IMG/VR virus record: IMGVR_UViG_3300032820_000001
Location: 127,134 to 191,133 of that record
Source of the DNA: a virus
Direction: 5' to 3' (one strand)
Length of the DNA stretch: 64,000 nucleotides
The notes beneath the pieces were generated by a model that worked only from the letters and a program-made list of their open reading frames with translations, was not told the origin of the DNA and searched no databases. The translations under genes and the position numbers were made by a program. Positions 53,863-64,000 of this stretch are shown here, piece by piece; within the stretch, counting starts at the first letter, position 1; every line of letters starts with the position of its first letter.

Positions 53863-54096
53863 TTACGAAACAACCTCTAATTGTTTTTCTTGAACAAAGC
53901 AAGTGTATGCTTTGGCCGACACCGGGAACTGTGGACAGGCAGACCAGCAGACTTTGCACATGTTATCATGAACAATCCCTTTAATTGTTAGACGATCAAC
54001 AACGATGCCATAGCGCCAAACATTTTCATCTGCTTCTGGCCGGTTGCCTCGGTGGAATATGCTCTCTCGAACCAAGTCACCAATATTAATCTCCAT
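53863..54096 (-). CDS. Small SH3/KOW-like beta protein
   Basis: MEINIGDLVRE...YGIVV...KVCW; start at 54096 after GGAG. Confidence 0.55.
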   Translation of the reverse strand: MEINIGDLVRESIFHRGNRPEADENVWRYGIVVDRLTIKGIVHDNMCKVCWSACPQFPVSAKAYTCFVQEKQLEVVS

Positions 54097-54814
54097 GATC
54101 ATGCTCCCCAAAGAAATATTCAAAATCAAAGTCGTCAGTAGAATCAGCATCGTTCAACGTCGGGAGAGAATCAATAAACTTTTCTAACTCCTCCATATCT
54201 TCGTCAGACAACACCCAAGTGCCAGCACCGGGACTTGAATATAATTTCTTTTTCTTTCCCAAAGATTTTAGTTTTCTCATTTTCGATTTACTAAATTTGG
54301 TTTTCTTTGATTTAGGATCATCACCGGATGATTGAGCTTTGGGATCTTCTTCGGTGACTGGATCCCTCCCAGGAAGAGGAATAATATCTTTCGTGGTTTG
54401 CTCTTCCCAATCATCAAAGAACTGATCGTCAGGATCTGGATCTATCGCCGGCTCTTCGATCAACTTATCAGTTTCTTCTTTTCTGGGTTCGCCAAAGATG
54501 TCTTCGAGAATTTCATCTCTCATTTTCTTGAACATATCTTCCCTCTTATTGAGGTTGTGTATGGCTTCCTTTAAAACATCGTCATAAATTTCATTAGACT
54601 TTTTAACTTTTATCATTTGATTATCTCGGAACCAAACGCGGGTGCCACGATATTCTACTTCCACATATACCTCGCCAACCCAGTCGCCTTCAGTCACTTT
54701 TACTACTCTGCATATTTTGTCACACAAGTTGGTGTGTGCTTCTGTCCAATGTTCCCACGAATAATCTGGACGTGGAGTGATCTGAACATAATCGCCTTTT
54801 ACAAATTTCGCCAT
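54086..54814 (-). CDS. Hypothetical protein with an N-terminal SH3/KOW-like domain and a disordered acidic/basic tail
   Basis: MAKFVKGDYVQI...RVVKV...VEVEY; start at 54814 after GAGG. Confidence 0.6.
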   Translation of the reverse strand: MAKFVKGDYVQITPRPDYSWEHWTEAHTNLCDKICRVVKVTEGDWVGEVYVEVEYRGTRVWFRDNQMIKVKKSNEIYDDVLKEAIHNLNKREDMFKKMRDEILEDIFGEPRKEETDKLIEEPAIDPDPDDQFFDDWEEQTTKDIIPLPGRDPVTEEDPKAQSSGDDPKSKKTKFSKSKMRKLKSLGKKKKLYSSPGAGTWVLSDEDMEELEKFIDSLPTLNDADSTDDFDFEYFFGEHDHGD

Positions 54815-54828
54815 ATATTTTACCTCTA

Positions 54829-55410
54829 CTACAGAAACCTTTTCCAAGCCTCGTTTGGAAATCTTTTCTCATATCTTTTAAAATACCCGCGATCCCAAAA
54901 AAGGGGCTTAGGTATATTAGACAACATTAATCCTGATTTGTCAAGATCTTTATTGCCTTTTTTGTTATTACATCTTTTACACGCCGTTACTGCGTTCTCC
55001 CAAGTCAGAGTTCCACCCTTTGAGGCTGGGATCACATGATCAATTGTTGTTTCCGAATGCATCAGCTTCATCCCGCAGTATTGACACACACAAAGATCTC
55101 TAAAGATGACATTATTCTTTGTGCAAGCAGATTGCCTTGGGACTCTCTGTTTATAATTTCGCAGAATAACAATGTCGGGAATCCCAAAAACAGAACTGAC
55201 AGATCTCAGGGCCTTAAAATCTTTATCTACTGCATATGTATTTTCAGAGTGCCTTATCCACTCTTGCAATTTAAAAATATTATAATCTTGATCAATCACA
55301 TTCGCAACCTCACGAAAAACTAAATAGATTGCGCCTTTTAAATTTACAATTCGAATAGGTTGATAATTTTTATCCAATACTAAAGATTTACTATTGAATA
55401 TGTTCCCCAT
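54829..55410 (-). CDS. HNH endonuclease (McrA-like, CxxC zinc type)
   Basis: LVLDKNYQP, RDLCVCQYCG, TIDHVIPASKGG..TWENAVTACKRCNNKKGN. Confidence 0.92.
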   Translation of the reverse strand: MGNIFNSKSLVLDKNYQPIRIVNLKGAIYLVFREVANVIDQDYNIFKLQEWIRHSENTYAVDKDFKALRSVSSVFGIPDIVILRNYKQRVPRQSACTKNNVIFRDLCVCQYCGMKLMHSETTIDHVIPASKGGTLTWENAVTACKRCNNKKGNKDLDKSGLMLSNIPKPLFWDRGYFKRYEKRFPNEAWKRFL

Positions 55411-55413
55411 CTT

Positions 55414-58400
55414 TTACCCGCAATGATATGTGCAACCAACAAAGGCCACCTTATATACTATACCATCGTGTTCGACTTCTTTACAATCGTAATCTTCCGA
55501 CTCTAGATCGAAGTAGCAGTCTTGTGTAATTTTTGCTACAGTGTAATTTCTTAAGATGTCGTCGTCTTGTTTCATGCCGTAGCCAGGGATGTCAGATGAA
55601 CAGATATAATCTCCGTTCTCTAGGAAGCCAGATATATCGCTTACCCAGATGCCACCTTCGCCGAGGGAGTTGATTTCGTAGCGAGTTATCAAACTCTCGT
55701 CAATACCAGAGCCCATAAAACTTTTATTTTTCAATTTACTCTTTGCCCACTCTCCCGCATAGACGCCAACAACTTTCTTATCTTTAGCGTTACTTGTCAA
55801 TTTAATCACGGGAACAGATTCTTTGATATTAACCCTGTGTCGTAATGATGTTTCGACCCCACTATGATCGTCAACAAATCCTCTCTCATAATTAAAATTA
55901 TCATATTCTCCAGTTGAAGAAACGATCATGCCTTGTTCTATGGGTGTACTGTTATCTTCTGCTGCACATTTATGCTGCCCCGTGAAAGACATAAAGTTGT
56001 AAGATGCATCAGTTCCGAGCTCATAAACCTTCGCCTGTGTTTCTAAATCCTTCGCGGGAACCCAACCTTCTAGCCCGATTGCATGTATAATTGGTCTGTC
56101 GTCGTTGCCTGTATTCACCGACCTGATCCGACAAAGGTATTTTCCAGTTTGAGCAACCGAGATTCTTACATGCCTTTTGTAGTGAGTCCAATTACTTGGA
56201 TACAAACCACCGGCGTAGCCATACTCAACCCCGTCTTCCATTTGGCATTGATTCCCTTTTGAAGTGGTCCCACTATAAAACTTAGTATCCAGATTTTGCG
56301 ACCAGTTTGCACCATTATCGAGAGAAGTTTCTACTATTAAATAAGCAGCCGAGGCTGCAGCGTCGACGGTAGATCTTGAGTAATAAATTGAGTCGCCGGA
56401 ACCGTATCGTTTGGTATACATATAATCTATATGCATTCTGGTTGTTCCATAGAAGGGTTGTCTGAATTCAATTCCCGGCTCGGAGCTGCGGCAAATCATT
56501 CCTGTCTTTTTGATCTTATAGGCACCACCGGGGCCCCAGCTGGTATTTGTATATTTTATAACCCCGCTAGCCGCTCCGCTATCCCAGATCATATCTGCCG
56601 ATTCTGGCCACAATTCAAGGCCGGCACTATATCCATCACCTACGTGTATATTATTTGTGGCATCTCTGAACCCCCACCATGAACTTTGGTAAGATGCCTG
56701 TCCGAGTTCAAAATTATACCACTTTATATCACCCGAAAAATCACTCACTTGAGGATCTCCTGAAACGATCCCAGTGTATCTCCACAACCCAGATGGATGA
56801 TATATATCTCCCGCTAACTCTACCATATCTCCCGGCTGGGCATCCGTAGGTGGAACACTACCATAACCAATTGCGACTGTCGGATTATTCGTTGCATTTG
56901 CTTTTAGAAGTCTACTTGTGGTTCCATCGAACTTTCGCCGCGTAACGCCTGTATCCGACATTGGGCCAAAATTCATGTTCGTAATTATCGCCTCCGGCTG
57001 CTTGAAACTAGAATCGAAAAACAGCTTATTTGCGATAGAAACGGTGACAGTTCTTTCTGTTGTGCCGTTCCAAAGATACTTGATCTGATAACCATCATAA
57101 ACTACGGAGAAAACATCACCAACAGAATAATTTCCCACCGTTAATGCCGCATCGCCGCTTTCATATATTCTAGCCTCGCCATCCCTGAAATACCAAGCAT
57201 AATCAAGAGTTTCATAGCTGCCATCTGTTGTTGGATCAGTATTCAAACCAAACATACATCTTCTGTTGTCCAAAGCGGTGCCCGGAGCTGCGCTTGCAAA
57301 GGCGCCTCCCACGAAGCCATCTTTCGAATACACTTGCTGAACCCAAGTAGACCCAGCGGCTGTTCTTCTCGCTGTCGTTCCAACGAGGGATACTCCACTA
57401 GATGCAATGAACCTATTTGTTCCTGTGCTTCCAATGTTTGATGCAAAGGGCGCGGTCATATCATCAAAATCAGAAGCAGCCGGAAATTCCAATTTCCATT
57501 TGCCATTTCCATCGTCGACGAATGCACCATCTTTTAAGCCATCATATGCACCTTTGCCTTTGGATATATCTGCCACCGGGCCGAAGTCCATGTTGCTTAT
57601 TTCTGAATCCTTGTGCCAAAAGTGTGCATCAAAAAACAGCTTCCCCGCAATTGCTACCGCCACGCTCCTCTTTTCTTCGCCGTTGTGGAAATATTTCACA
57701 TAGGCCCCATCATATTTGACAGAAAAAACGTCGCCGGTCGACCATGCTCCAAAATCTTCTTTTTCTGAGCCATTCTCATATATATAAAATTTGTCTTGGG
57801 AGTCTCTCATATACCAGCAATATTCTATATCATTATAGCTACCCAAATCAGTTGCATCTGTGCTGAGTCCGAATGCTATCCACTGGGTATCCCCGCCACC
57901 GGCGCCGCTATTGGGTGCTTTTGGGAACGTGGCACTAGCATATGCTCCGCCCGTATATCCGTCCTTAGAATAGACTTGTGCATCCCAACCATCAGCCGTG
58001 GAAGTCTTGCGCGCAGTCGTGCCAACTAAAGACACATTACTTGATGCAATGAAGTTGTTTGTTCCTGTGCTTCCAATATTTGATGCAAAGGGTGCCGTCA
58101 TGTCAGTGAAGTCAGACCCGTCCGGGAATTCCAATTTCCATTTGCCATTTCCATCGTCGACGAATGCGCCATCTTTTAAACCATCATATGCACCTTTACC
58201 TTTGGTGGCGTCATCTTTAACGCCCTCACCGACACTTCCAGCATCAAATGCATTTTCGTTATTGGCAGCAAAAGGTGACGTGATATCACCAAAGTCAGAG
58301 TCGGTTGGAAACTTTAATTTTAATTTGCCAGTTCCATCGTCCTCAAAAATGCCTTCGTTTAAGCCATCGTATGCACCTTTGCCTTGGCCGGCCCATCCAT

Positions 58401-61400
58401 AACTTATTGGATCCATTTCTTCTAAATCAGCATGTGGATTATATTCAACCTTAAATGTGTCTATTATTATATATTCTGCGCCACTGGATGCCGCATGCGG
58501 GAGTCTAAAAAATAGTTTAAAATTTGTTGTTCCGCTTCTCAGATTCTGCAATTGTTGAGATGTAATTTCCCAGGTTTTTTCCTGCCATGTATTATTGGAC
58601 GATGGACTGCCACCATAACTAATATCCAAAGAACCATCGTTATTGAAATAAATTTTCCCTAGAGTTTGAGTGGCACTATAACATTCTATGCCGGCATAAA
58701 CGGATCCGTTAACATCAATGTTTTTTTGTCTGAGCGTGAATCTATATTTACCTGTTTCTGTGTTATCAACACTAATCGGTGTTGCGGAGAAAAACCATGT
58801 ATTATATGCGAATTGTCCCAAGTTTCTTCCGTATTTTGCACCAGCGTTATTTTCTAAAAGAGAGAAGTCATCACTGCTTGCAACGCTTTGTTTACCAATT
58901 CCACTGGACGTGCTCCAACCTGTTCGTGAGGAGAAATCAAAATTCTGTCCCTCAACAGCAGTGAATCTGTCATCGTCAAATACGTCGTCAACAATACCTT
59001 CAGGGCTATCTGGGTAAGATCCCATGCCAACGTGATCTTTATCGACTGCGGAGTTTTTCACTCCACTGGCCACAAGATCGCCCCAGGTACTTCCACCAAA
59101 TTTAATTTTTATCCCGTCGGTGCCACTATCTTCTATACTCATTCCGTCTATGCCATCGTATGCACCTTTGCCTTTGGTGGCATTATCTTTAACATCCTCA
59201 CCAGGAGTTCCATCGTCAAAAGCATTTTCGTTATTGGCAGCAAAAGGTGAATCTACAGATCCAATGCCGCTGTCTCCAAAAGTAAATCTAAATTTGCCAG
59301 TTTCACCAATTTCTTCAATTGCTCCTTCTGCAATCCCGTCGTAGGCAGTCTTTCCATAGGATGCTTCTTGTTGGACACCTTCGCCAGTTCCGCCTTCTGC
59401 CCAGACTCCATCGATTGTTGCACTGCTGTGATCATCCGGGTTGGTTGCAACCCAAGGAGCTATCGCACCATCTTTTTTGGTTTTTGCAACAATAAGCCCT
59501 GCCATGAGTTCCCATTCAACTGAAACTTCTTTAACAAATATCTGACTGTAATTATCTTCCTTTGCGCCGAGGATATGGATACTCATCCACTTGGGTTCAC
59601 CAGTTCCTCGTTCATAGAGGTTGGACCAATTTGAATCCTCCCCGAAAGTTACTTCATGAGTATCAACCGCCCAAGCAGTTGCGGTTCCCGTTTTTTCAAG
59701 ATTCTTATAGCTATAGAGATTATCACCGCCATCGATGGAGTTCCAACCTGTTGTATTATCAGCTCCAGTTCTATAAGCAACACTGACAATGTTGTCACCA
59801 TAAGTTGATAATCCCCGATCATCATGTGATGTTGCAAATGTTTTCGTAGAAGAGGCAATATATCTCTGATCTCCCGTTAAATCATCATCTGAATAATAAA
59901 CATACATAGAGGGGTAGTCGCTATCTGAATCATCGTTGCCGGGAGTTCTATAATATCTTATTGTAACCTTGAGCCTATGATCTGGGCTTGGTATTTTGAT
60001 AGCTCGAAATATGAGACCTTTTCTGTCTATTTGCCCGTTGCCTGGAATGCCATCATCTGAGGCTCCTGCGGCCATGATGATCACACCCTGTTCCCCGTTT
60101 GGGTCGGGAATAATATCAGACTCAGGATCTCTCATGGCCGCCCGCTCTTCAAAGGTAGCGGCCGCATTAAACCGTGAAGTGAGTATACCTGCTGGATAGC
60201 CATCGGGTGCCAATATATTTAATTTACCATTGTAAATACTTTCTGGGCTTCCGGCAGCGACATCTTCGTTGGTGTGGTGATTGGCAGCTGCGTTTTCAGC
60301 ACCAGCCGTTTCGTTTTTAACAACAGCTTCAGCAACTATCGAGACACCATATACATCAACATAAAGACCTTTGCCAGACTCATTGATAAGTTGATATGTC
60401 CACTCTGGAGTTCCGTTGGAGTCGATATCAAGTAGGCCGTCTCCATCGGCGTCCTTAACGTATTCATATTCAAGACCTATCTTAAATTCCACAGCTGCCT
60501 CTTGGAGCTCTTTTATTGTGGATGGTAGAATTAGGGCATTAAAAGTTTGATACCTATCGTTGCAGATTGGTAGCTTCGCGCCGTGGGCCTTTTTAGTGGC
60601 CGAAGTAAACGTGTCGGACAAATACCACAGAGCCGAAAGGGATCCATCGGCTTGCGCGGTTTGGGCTGCAATATCAGGAAGAGCTTTTATTAAATTTCCA
60701 TTTTCCCACGGACCAGTGTTGATGCCGGCTGACGCTCCACCAGCACCCATCCAAGATTGAAGAAGACGCGGGAAATAAATATAATTATCGTCAGTAATAG
60801 TCCCCGGCAAACCTTGAGCATCATAAGTCTGTATAAACAATTTTGCTTTAAGGGTACTGTCGCCCATATTTGTTGCATGTTCATGGTTGGTCTTGGCTCT
60901 AAATATAATTTCAAATTTTCCAAGATCCCCAATCGGTAGAGGTTCCGCTAAATAAATTTTCTTTGACATACGAGGAGCTTCACCATCTTCAGCGATATGG
61001 GAAGACGGGAAGAAAGCTACTTTCGTTCCGTAAGTGCCTTTATCATCTGGATCTGGAAGTGTGTTAAATTGGTAGGTGAGCATGTCGGCGGTGGTGCCTG
61101 CAGCGTTGTCCAAACTCCACCCAGTAGAACCTTGAGAAAAATCATAATTTCTATCTTTAAGGTTGGCCCCGTCTCGGCCATCCTTTGCGATGGAATACGT
61201 CACTATCTTCTCTATAGTCTCCACCGTAGTGCCATTTTTTTTAGTTATGACAAAGGGTATCGCTACAGTATTGGATTTGGCAGAAGGTCTAACTAATTTT
61301 ATTTTTATTTCGTCTCCCGCGAACTCTGCATCTCCCGGTTCGTAAAGTTCAACTGTTCGGGCATCACCTTCCTTTATGTTTCCCCTAGAGCGATATACCA

Positions 61401-64000
61401 TATCTCCAAATTTATATGTGCCAGCTGCAGGTGTTGCTGAATCATCGTAAGTTAATTTGTCTGCGCCTTGATATACAATGATCTCTGAGTCACCGTCTTC
61501 AAAATCGAGCTCGTCAACGTTGGCATCAAAGTCGGCGGGAAATGTATGGTTGTCGTTCGGGATTAAAATATTTAAAGTATCGGTTCCACCATTAATTGTG
61601 TGAATGGATATTTTATCTCCAGAGATGTTTGTCTTCTGTAATTGGACGGTGATGGGGAATAAATCATTTTTAACTGCAAACAACCACTCTGCTGGAATAT
61701 TCTCTGCACTGGCTTCCGAATACCAATCGCCTTCGGTGGGAATGGCCGACGACAACGTTGCATGTTTGGCAAAATCAAACAGATTAATATTAAAATATTT
61801 TATGCCACCGGTGTCTGTAAAGACATCAGGAGGATTCCCAGTAGACCATTCGGTAATCTCTGCGTCCCACTTGTCTTTTATTGTCACATTTTCAAACGAC
61901 ACTCCGCCTTCAACGTTTTGAGGCTCCAGAAATACTGAAATCGATTCGGGTGTCGCTGTAATGTCGGTGCGGTCGTCAAACAAAAACGCATAGGAACTTG
62001 CATTAAGTCTCATTACCTTTGCGTCTGCTGGTTGTCTTGTCTTTGTGAATGTTTGTATCCGAGTGAACGTGGGCCTAATTGTCCCAGCAATTCCATTGCC
62101 GTCTTTCACTCTTATCTCATACTTTATTGATGCCTTGTCTCCCGTCATCTCCGACGGTGGCCCATACTCAAAACGATAGCCCCCATCCCAACCCTGTTGA
62201 CCATGAAATTGTGGTTCGTTTTGGTATGTTGCATTCAGGGCATCTCCCGGATCAATACCAGTCCCCAACGGGGCAATGTGGAAAGTGTTTTTCGGCGCAC
62301 TGTTATCAAAAGAAAATTCACCACCCGAACCTGGGAGCCATACTCCGCCGCCTTCATTTGATTGAATTCCGCGCCATGGTAAAAGTTGCTCGTTTCCAAT
62401 ATAAACCTCAAAGCCAATGTTACCATCAGAGTAGTCAATAACATCATTCTCATTTTGTGGAAAAACATGAGCTAAATTGTCTGCAACAACTTCGACAGCA
62501 TTTGATCCCTCTTTCGTCGCAATAACTGAAACGCTGTCGGTGGCAACAATGCCATCAAAGATTTTGATGTCTACAGCGTATTCGGGATTATAATTGTGGG
62601 TATACTCTCCCAGCTCAACTTTGACAACTTTCTTTTTTCCGAAGTCATCATACTTGTCATCAATTAAAAGATCTTGAAAAACACCTGGATTTTGTCCTAG
62701 CGGTTTTCGCCAGCCGTCATTGCCCATGCCGGATGGCTGGTCGAATGAAATATATTCAGCATCACCCACTACGGGCGGTACGATGGCATCGTCTACAGAG
62801 AATCTGTAAACATCTCTATTTGAAGCAACGTTTTGTTTGTCTGCTTTGAAAATTATTTGAGGAATATCAAACTCGCTGGTGTCTGCATTCCAGGCATGGC
62901 TAAATGTATCCGGGTTTGCGCCATGCTCGTCATACGCAACTTGGTAATCGTCAGCGGTTAATTTAACAGCTTTGCTGTCTGCGCCGGGATCACCGGGCAG
63001 TCCGGGGGTGCCATCATTTCCTTCGCGGGCTTTCACAAATGTTTGAGTTTGAGTGATGGGCCCGATAAGAGTGTCCGAGCTATCTCTAGACCAGAATGAA
63101 TAAACAATTGCAGCACGATTTCTTACGGCTTCCATGCTAGTAGGAAAAAAGTCAATTGCATATGTGTTGCTAAAATTAATTTCAGGCTCACCGGGGACAA
63201 TCGTCTCCACTTCCACATTAGATTCATTCACAAAGTTGGATGCATCGGCCTTTACTGTATATTTTCCCTTGTCTAAATTATCCAAAGCATCAAGGTTTTC
63301 TGAGAGGTCTAAAATTTGTGGTAGTTGTCTATCGTTCCCATTATAAAGTTCGAACTGGATGGATGCATCTTCGTAATCTGCAATGGCGCCGCCATAAGTA
63401 GCAGGAAACGCATGAGTGAGATTATCTGCTGTAATCATAATTGCGTTCGAGCCATCTTTGGTACCAATGATTGAAATAATATCGCTGGCCACCTCTTCTT
63501 CGCCATCGGCGCTAGACTCTACTTTAACAATCTTCTTTCCTCCGAAGCTGGCATGTGATGAATCTGCAATAATTTTTGCTTGAGTGAAACCGGCCTGGAA
63601 GTTGTGTTCAGTCCCCGCCGGTAGTGGACCACCTGCTCCGGTGGTGCCAACGCCCGGCGTCCAAGGCTTGAAGCCATCCCCCTCATCAACGGAAAAACGA
63701 TAGGTGGGAGTTTCGCCGTGGTTTTTTGCATCAGCAGTGACAATGACGAATTGTGGTGAAGGCTCGGCTCCGTCTGCATTATATGCTACTTGATAATCAT
63801 CTGCAAGCATCTTCACTACTTGGGCGTCGTCGCCAACCGCACCTTCAACCGATTTGGCGAAACTTTGGATTTTCTTTATAACATAAGCATCATCACCTTC
63901 GGGATTTTTGGCGGTTATCTCGAAAGTGATGGTTCCATTATTTGCGGTCATCCCCGTCGGTGACGCAATTTCCATTCGCCACGAGTCTTCGTTACCCTCA
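55414..64000 (-). CDS. Giant tail fibre / receptor-binding protein with a C-terminal intramolecular-chaperone (peptidase G2-like) domain; probably 5'-partial
   Basis: At least 2853 aa. The frame stays open from the ATG at 63975 to the window edge (EGNEDSWR-M) with no visible ribosome-binding site, so it probably starts outside the window. Contains repeated modules and a C-terminus FTGQH...INSLGEGGIWV...GDYICSS...AKITQDC...VGCTYHCG. Confidence 0.75.
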   Translation of the reverse strand, partial: EGNEDSWRMEIASPTGMTANNGTITFEITAKNPEGDDAYVIKKIQSFAKSVEGAVGDDAQVVKMLADDYQVAYNADGAEPSPQFVIVTADAKNHGETPTYRFSVDEGDGFKPWTPGVGTTGAGGPLPAGTEHNFQAGFTQAKIIADSSHASFGGKKIVKVESSADGEEEVASDIISIIGTKDGSNAIMITADNLTHAFPATYGGAIADYEDASIQFELYNGNDRQLPQILDLSENLDALDNLDKGKYTVKADASNFVNESNVEVETIVPGEPEINFSNTYAIDFFPTSMEAVRNRAAIVYSFWSRDSSDTLIGPITQTQTFVKAREGNDGTPGLPGDPGADSKAVKLTADDYQVAYDEHGANPDTFSHAWNADTSEFDIPQIIFKADKQNVASNRDVYRFSVDDAIVPPVVGDAEYISFDQPSGMGNDGWRKPLGQNPGVFQDLLIDDKYDDFGKKKVVKVELGEYTHNYNPEYAVDIKIFDGIVATDSVSVIATKEGSNAVEVVADNLAHVFPQNENDVIDYSDGNIGFEVYIGNEQLLPWRGIQSNEGGGVWLPGSGGEFSFDNSAPKNTFHIAPLGTGIDPGDALNATYQNEPQFHGQQGWDGGYRFEYGPPSEMTGDKASIKYEIRVKDGNGIAGTIRPTFTRIQTFTKTRQPADAKVMRLNASSYAFLFDDRTDITATPESISVFLEPQNVEGGVSFENVTIKDKWDAEITEWSTGNPPDVFTDTGGIKYFNINLFDFAKHATLSSAIPTEGDWYSEASAENIPAEWLFAVKNDLFPITVQLQKTNISGDKISIHTINGGTDTLNILIPNDNHTFPADFDANVDELDFEDGDSEIIVYQGADKLTYDDSATPAAGTYKFGDMVYRSRGNIKEGDARTVELYEPGDAEFAGDEIKIKLVRPSAKSNTVAIPFVITKKNGTTVETIEKIVTYSIAKDGRDGANLKDRNYDFSQGSTGWSLDNAAGTTADMLTYQFNTLPDPDDKGTYGTKVAFFPSSHIAEDGEAPRMSKKIYLAEPLPIGDLGKFEIIFRAKTNHEHATNMGDSTLKAKLFIQTYDAQGLPGTITDDNYIYFPRLLQSWMGAGGASAGINTGPWENGNLIKALPDIAAQTAQADGSLSALWYLSDTFTSATKKAHGAKLPICNDRYQTFNALILPSTIKELQEAAVEFKIGLEYEYVKDADGDGLLDIDSNGTPEWTYQLINESGKGLYVDVYGVSIVAEAVVKNETAGAENAAANHHTNEDVAAGSPESIYNGKLNILAPDGYPAGILTSRFNAAATFEERAAMRDPESDIIPDPNGEQGVIIMAAGASDDGIPGNGQIDRKGLIFRAIKIPSPDHRLKVTIRYYRTPGNDDSDSDYPSMYVYYSDDDLTGDQRYIASSTKTFATSHDDRGLSTYGDNIVSVAYRTGADNTTGWNSIDGGDNLYSYKNLEKTGTATAWAVDTHEVTFGEDSNWSNLYERGTGEPKWMSIHILGAKEDNYSQIFVKEVSVEWELMAGLIVAKTKKDGAIAPWVATNPDDHSSATIDGVWAEGGTGEGVQQEASYGKTAYDGIAEGAIEEIGETGKFRFTFGDSGIGSVDSPFAANNENAFDDGTPGEDVKDNATKGKGAYDGIDGMSIEDSGTDGIKIKFGGSTWGDLVASGVKNSAVDKDHVGMGSYPDSPEGIVDDVFDDDRFTAVEGQNFDFSSRTGWSTSSGIGKQSVASSDDFSLLENNAGAKYGRNLGQFAYNTWFFSATPISVDNTETGKYRFTLRQKNIDVNGSVYAGIECYSATQTLGKIYFNNDGSLDISYGGSPSSNNTWQEKTWEITSQQLQNLRSGTTNFKLFFRLPHAASSGAEYIIIDTFKVEYNPHADLEEMDPISYGWAGQGKGAYDGLNEGIFEDDGTGKLKLKFPTDSDFGDITSPFAANNENAFDAGSVGEGVKDDATKGKGAYDGLKDGAFVDDGNGKWKLEFPDGSDFTDMTAPFASNIGSTGTNNFIASSNVSLVGTTARKTSTADGWDAQVYSKDGYTGGAYASATFPKAPNSGAGGGDTQWIAFGLSTDATDLGSYNDIEYCWYMRDSQDKFYIYENGSEKEDFGAWSTGDVFSVKYDGAYVKYFHNGEEKRSVAVAIAGKLFFDAHFWHKDSEISNMDFGPVADISKGKGAYDGLKDGAFVDDGNGKWKLEFPAASDFDDMTAPFASNIGSTGTNRFIASSGVSLVGTTARRTAAGSTWVQQVYSKDGFVGGAFASAAPGTALDNRRCMFGLNTDPTTDGSYETLDYAWYFRDGEARIYESGDAALTVGNYSVGDVFSVVYDGYQIKYLWNGTTERTVTVSIANKLFFDSSFKQPEAIITNMNFGPMSDTGVTRRKFDGTTSRLLKANATNNPTVAIGYGSVPPTDAQPGDMVELAGDIYHPSGLWRYTGIVSGDPQVSDFSGDIKWYNFELGQASYQSSWWGFRDATNNIHVGDGYSAGLELWPESADMIWDSGAASGVIKYTNTSWGPGGAYKIKKTGMICRSSEPGIEFRQPFYGTTRMHIDYMYTKRYGSGDSIYYSRSTVDAAASAAYLIVETSLDNGANWSQNLDTKFYSGTTSKGNQCQMEDGVEYGYAGGLYPSNWTHYKRHVRISVAQTGKYLCRIRSVNTGNDDRPIIHAIGLEGWVPAKDLETQAKVYELGTDASYNFMSFTGQHKCAAEDNSTPIEQGMIVSSTGEYDNFNYERGFVDDHSGVETSLRHRVNIKESVPVIKLTSNAKDKKVVGVYAGEWAKSKLKNKSFMGSGIDESLITRYEINSLGEGGIWVSDISGFLENGDYICSSDIPGYGMKQDDDILRNYTVAKITQDCYFDLESEDYDCKEVEHDGIVYKVAFVGCTYHCG
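57416..58205. repeat. Intragenic direct repeat of about 148 bp (57416-57563 and 58058-58205; 642-bp period) in the tail fibre
   Basis: Both copies encode KGKGAYDGLKDGAFVDDGNGKWKLEFP...DMTAPFASNIGSTGTN. Shorter related copies lie near 58240-58390 and 59150-59255 (shared GCATTTTCGTTATTGGCAGCAAAAGGTGA). Confidence 0.9.

Noticed and set aside
54829-55410. HNH gene as an intron- or intein-encoded homing endonuclease
   Set aside because: It is free-standing between intact genes, with no interrupted host gene or splice-like flanks evident.
57416-58205. Tail-fibre repeats as a diversity-generating retroelement TR/VR pair
   Set aside because: Both copies are in frame inside the same gene, the differences are not adenine-specific, they are not at the C-terminus, and no reverse transcriptase is in the window.
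1-64000. Stop-codon reassignment, as in some huge phages
   Set aside because: Very long ORFs are intact in the standard code, and TAA, TAG and TGA all end genes at sensible boundaries, often overlapping the next start.
1-64000. Giant eukaryotic virus or cellular origin, suggested by Lon, GSII, the J domain and the GT29-like gene
   Set aside because: gp6- and gp25-like baseplate genes, Shine-Dalgarno sites, sigma70 promoters, intrinsic terminators and overlapping operons all indicate a tailed bacteriophage.

Overview
The window is a 64 kb segment of a large contractile-tailed (myovirus-type, probably jumbo/huge) bacteriophage with a diderm host. It is read in the standard bacterial code and nearly all genes are on the minus strand. 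From left to right it holds: (1) a baseplate module (1-16079) with a LamG-containing wedge-like protein running off the left edge, a DNRLRE-like protein, gp6/J-like and gp25-like proteins, a 2562-aa protein, a putative hub/spike and an M15 peptidase; (2) a phage sigma factor and small genes; (3) a tightly coupled operon with type II glutamine synthetase and a nonulosonic-acid (NeuB/NeuA) glycosylation cluster with several transferases and modifying enzymes, followed by a Cas4-like nuclease and PhoH; (4) a plus-strand trypsin-like protease and J-domain protein; (5) a monocistronic outer-membrane beta-barrel gene with a near-consensus sigma70 promoter and its own terminator; (6) an array of unrelated enzymes (ParB-like, ART-like, 2H phosphoesterase, HAD) that all begin with the same MKLLMENW[RK]x[FY]LNE leader, resembling a capsid-targeting, protease-cleaved signal; (7) full-length Lon and a Fis-like HTH protein; (8) a 1000-aa KxDG-ligase-like/HIGH-nucleotidyltransferase fusion, more leader-bearing genes and a 2215-aa modular polyprotein with internal leader-like motifs and an ART-like domain; (9) an HNH nuclease and a tail fibre of more than 2850 aa running off the right edge. 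An A(C/G)TA(T/C)TTA-like motif precedes ten minus-strand gene starts and is a candidate late promoter. The most interesting candidates are the leader-tagged, probably virion-injected effector system and the phage-encoded sialic-acid-like glycosylation pathway. All family assignments come from reading motifs by eye; no searches were run.
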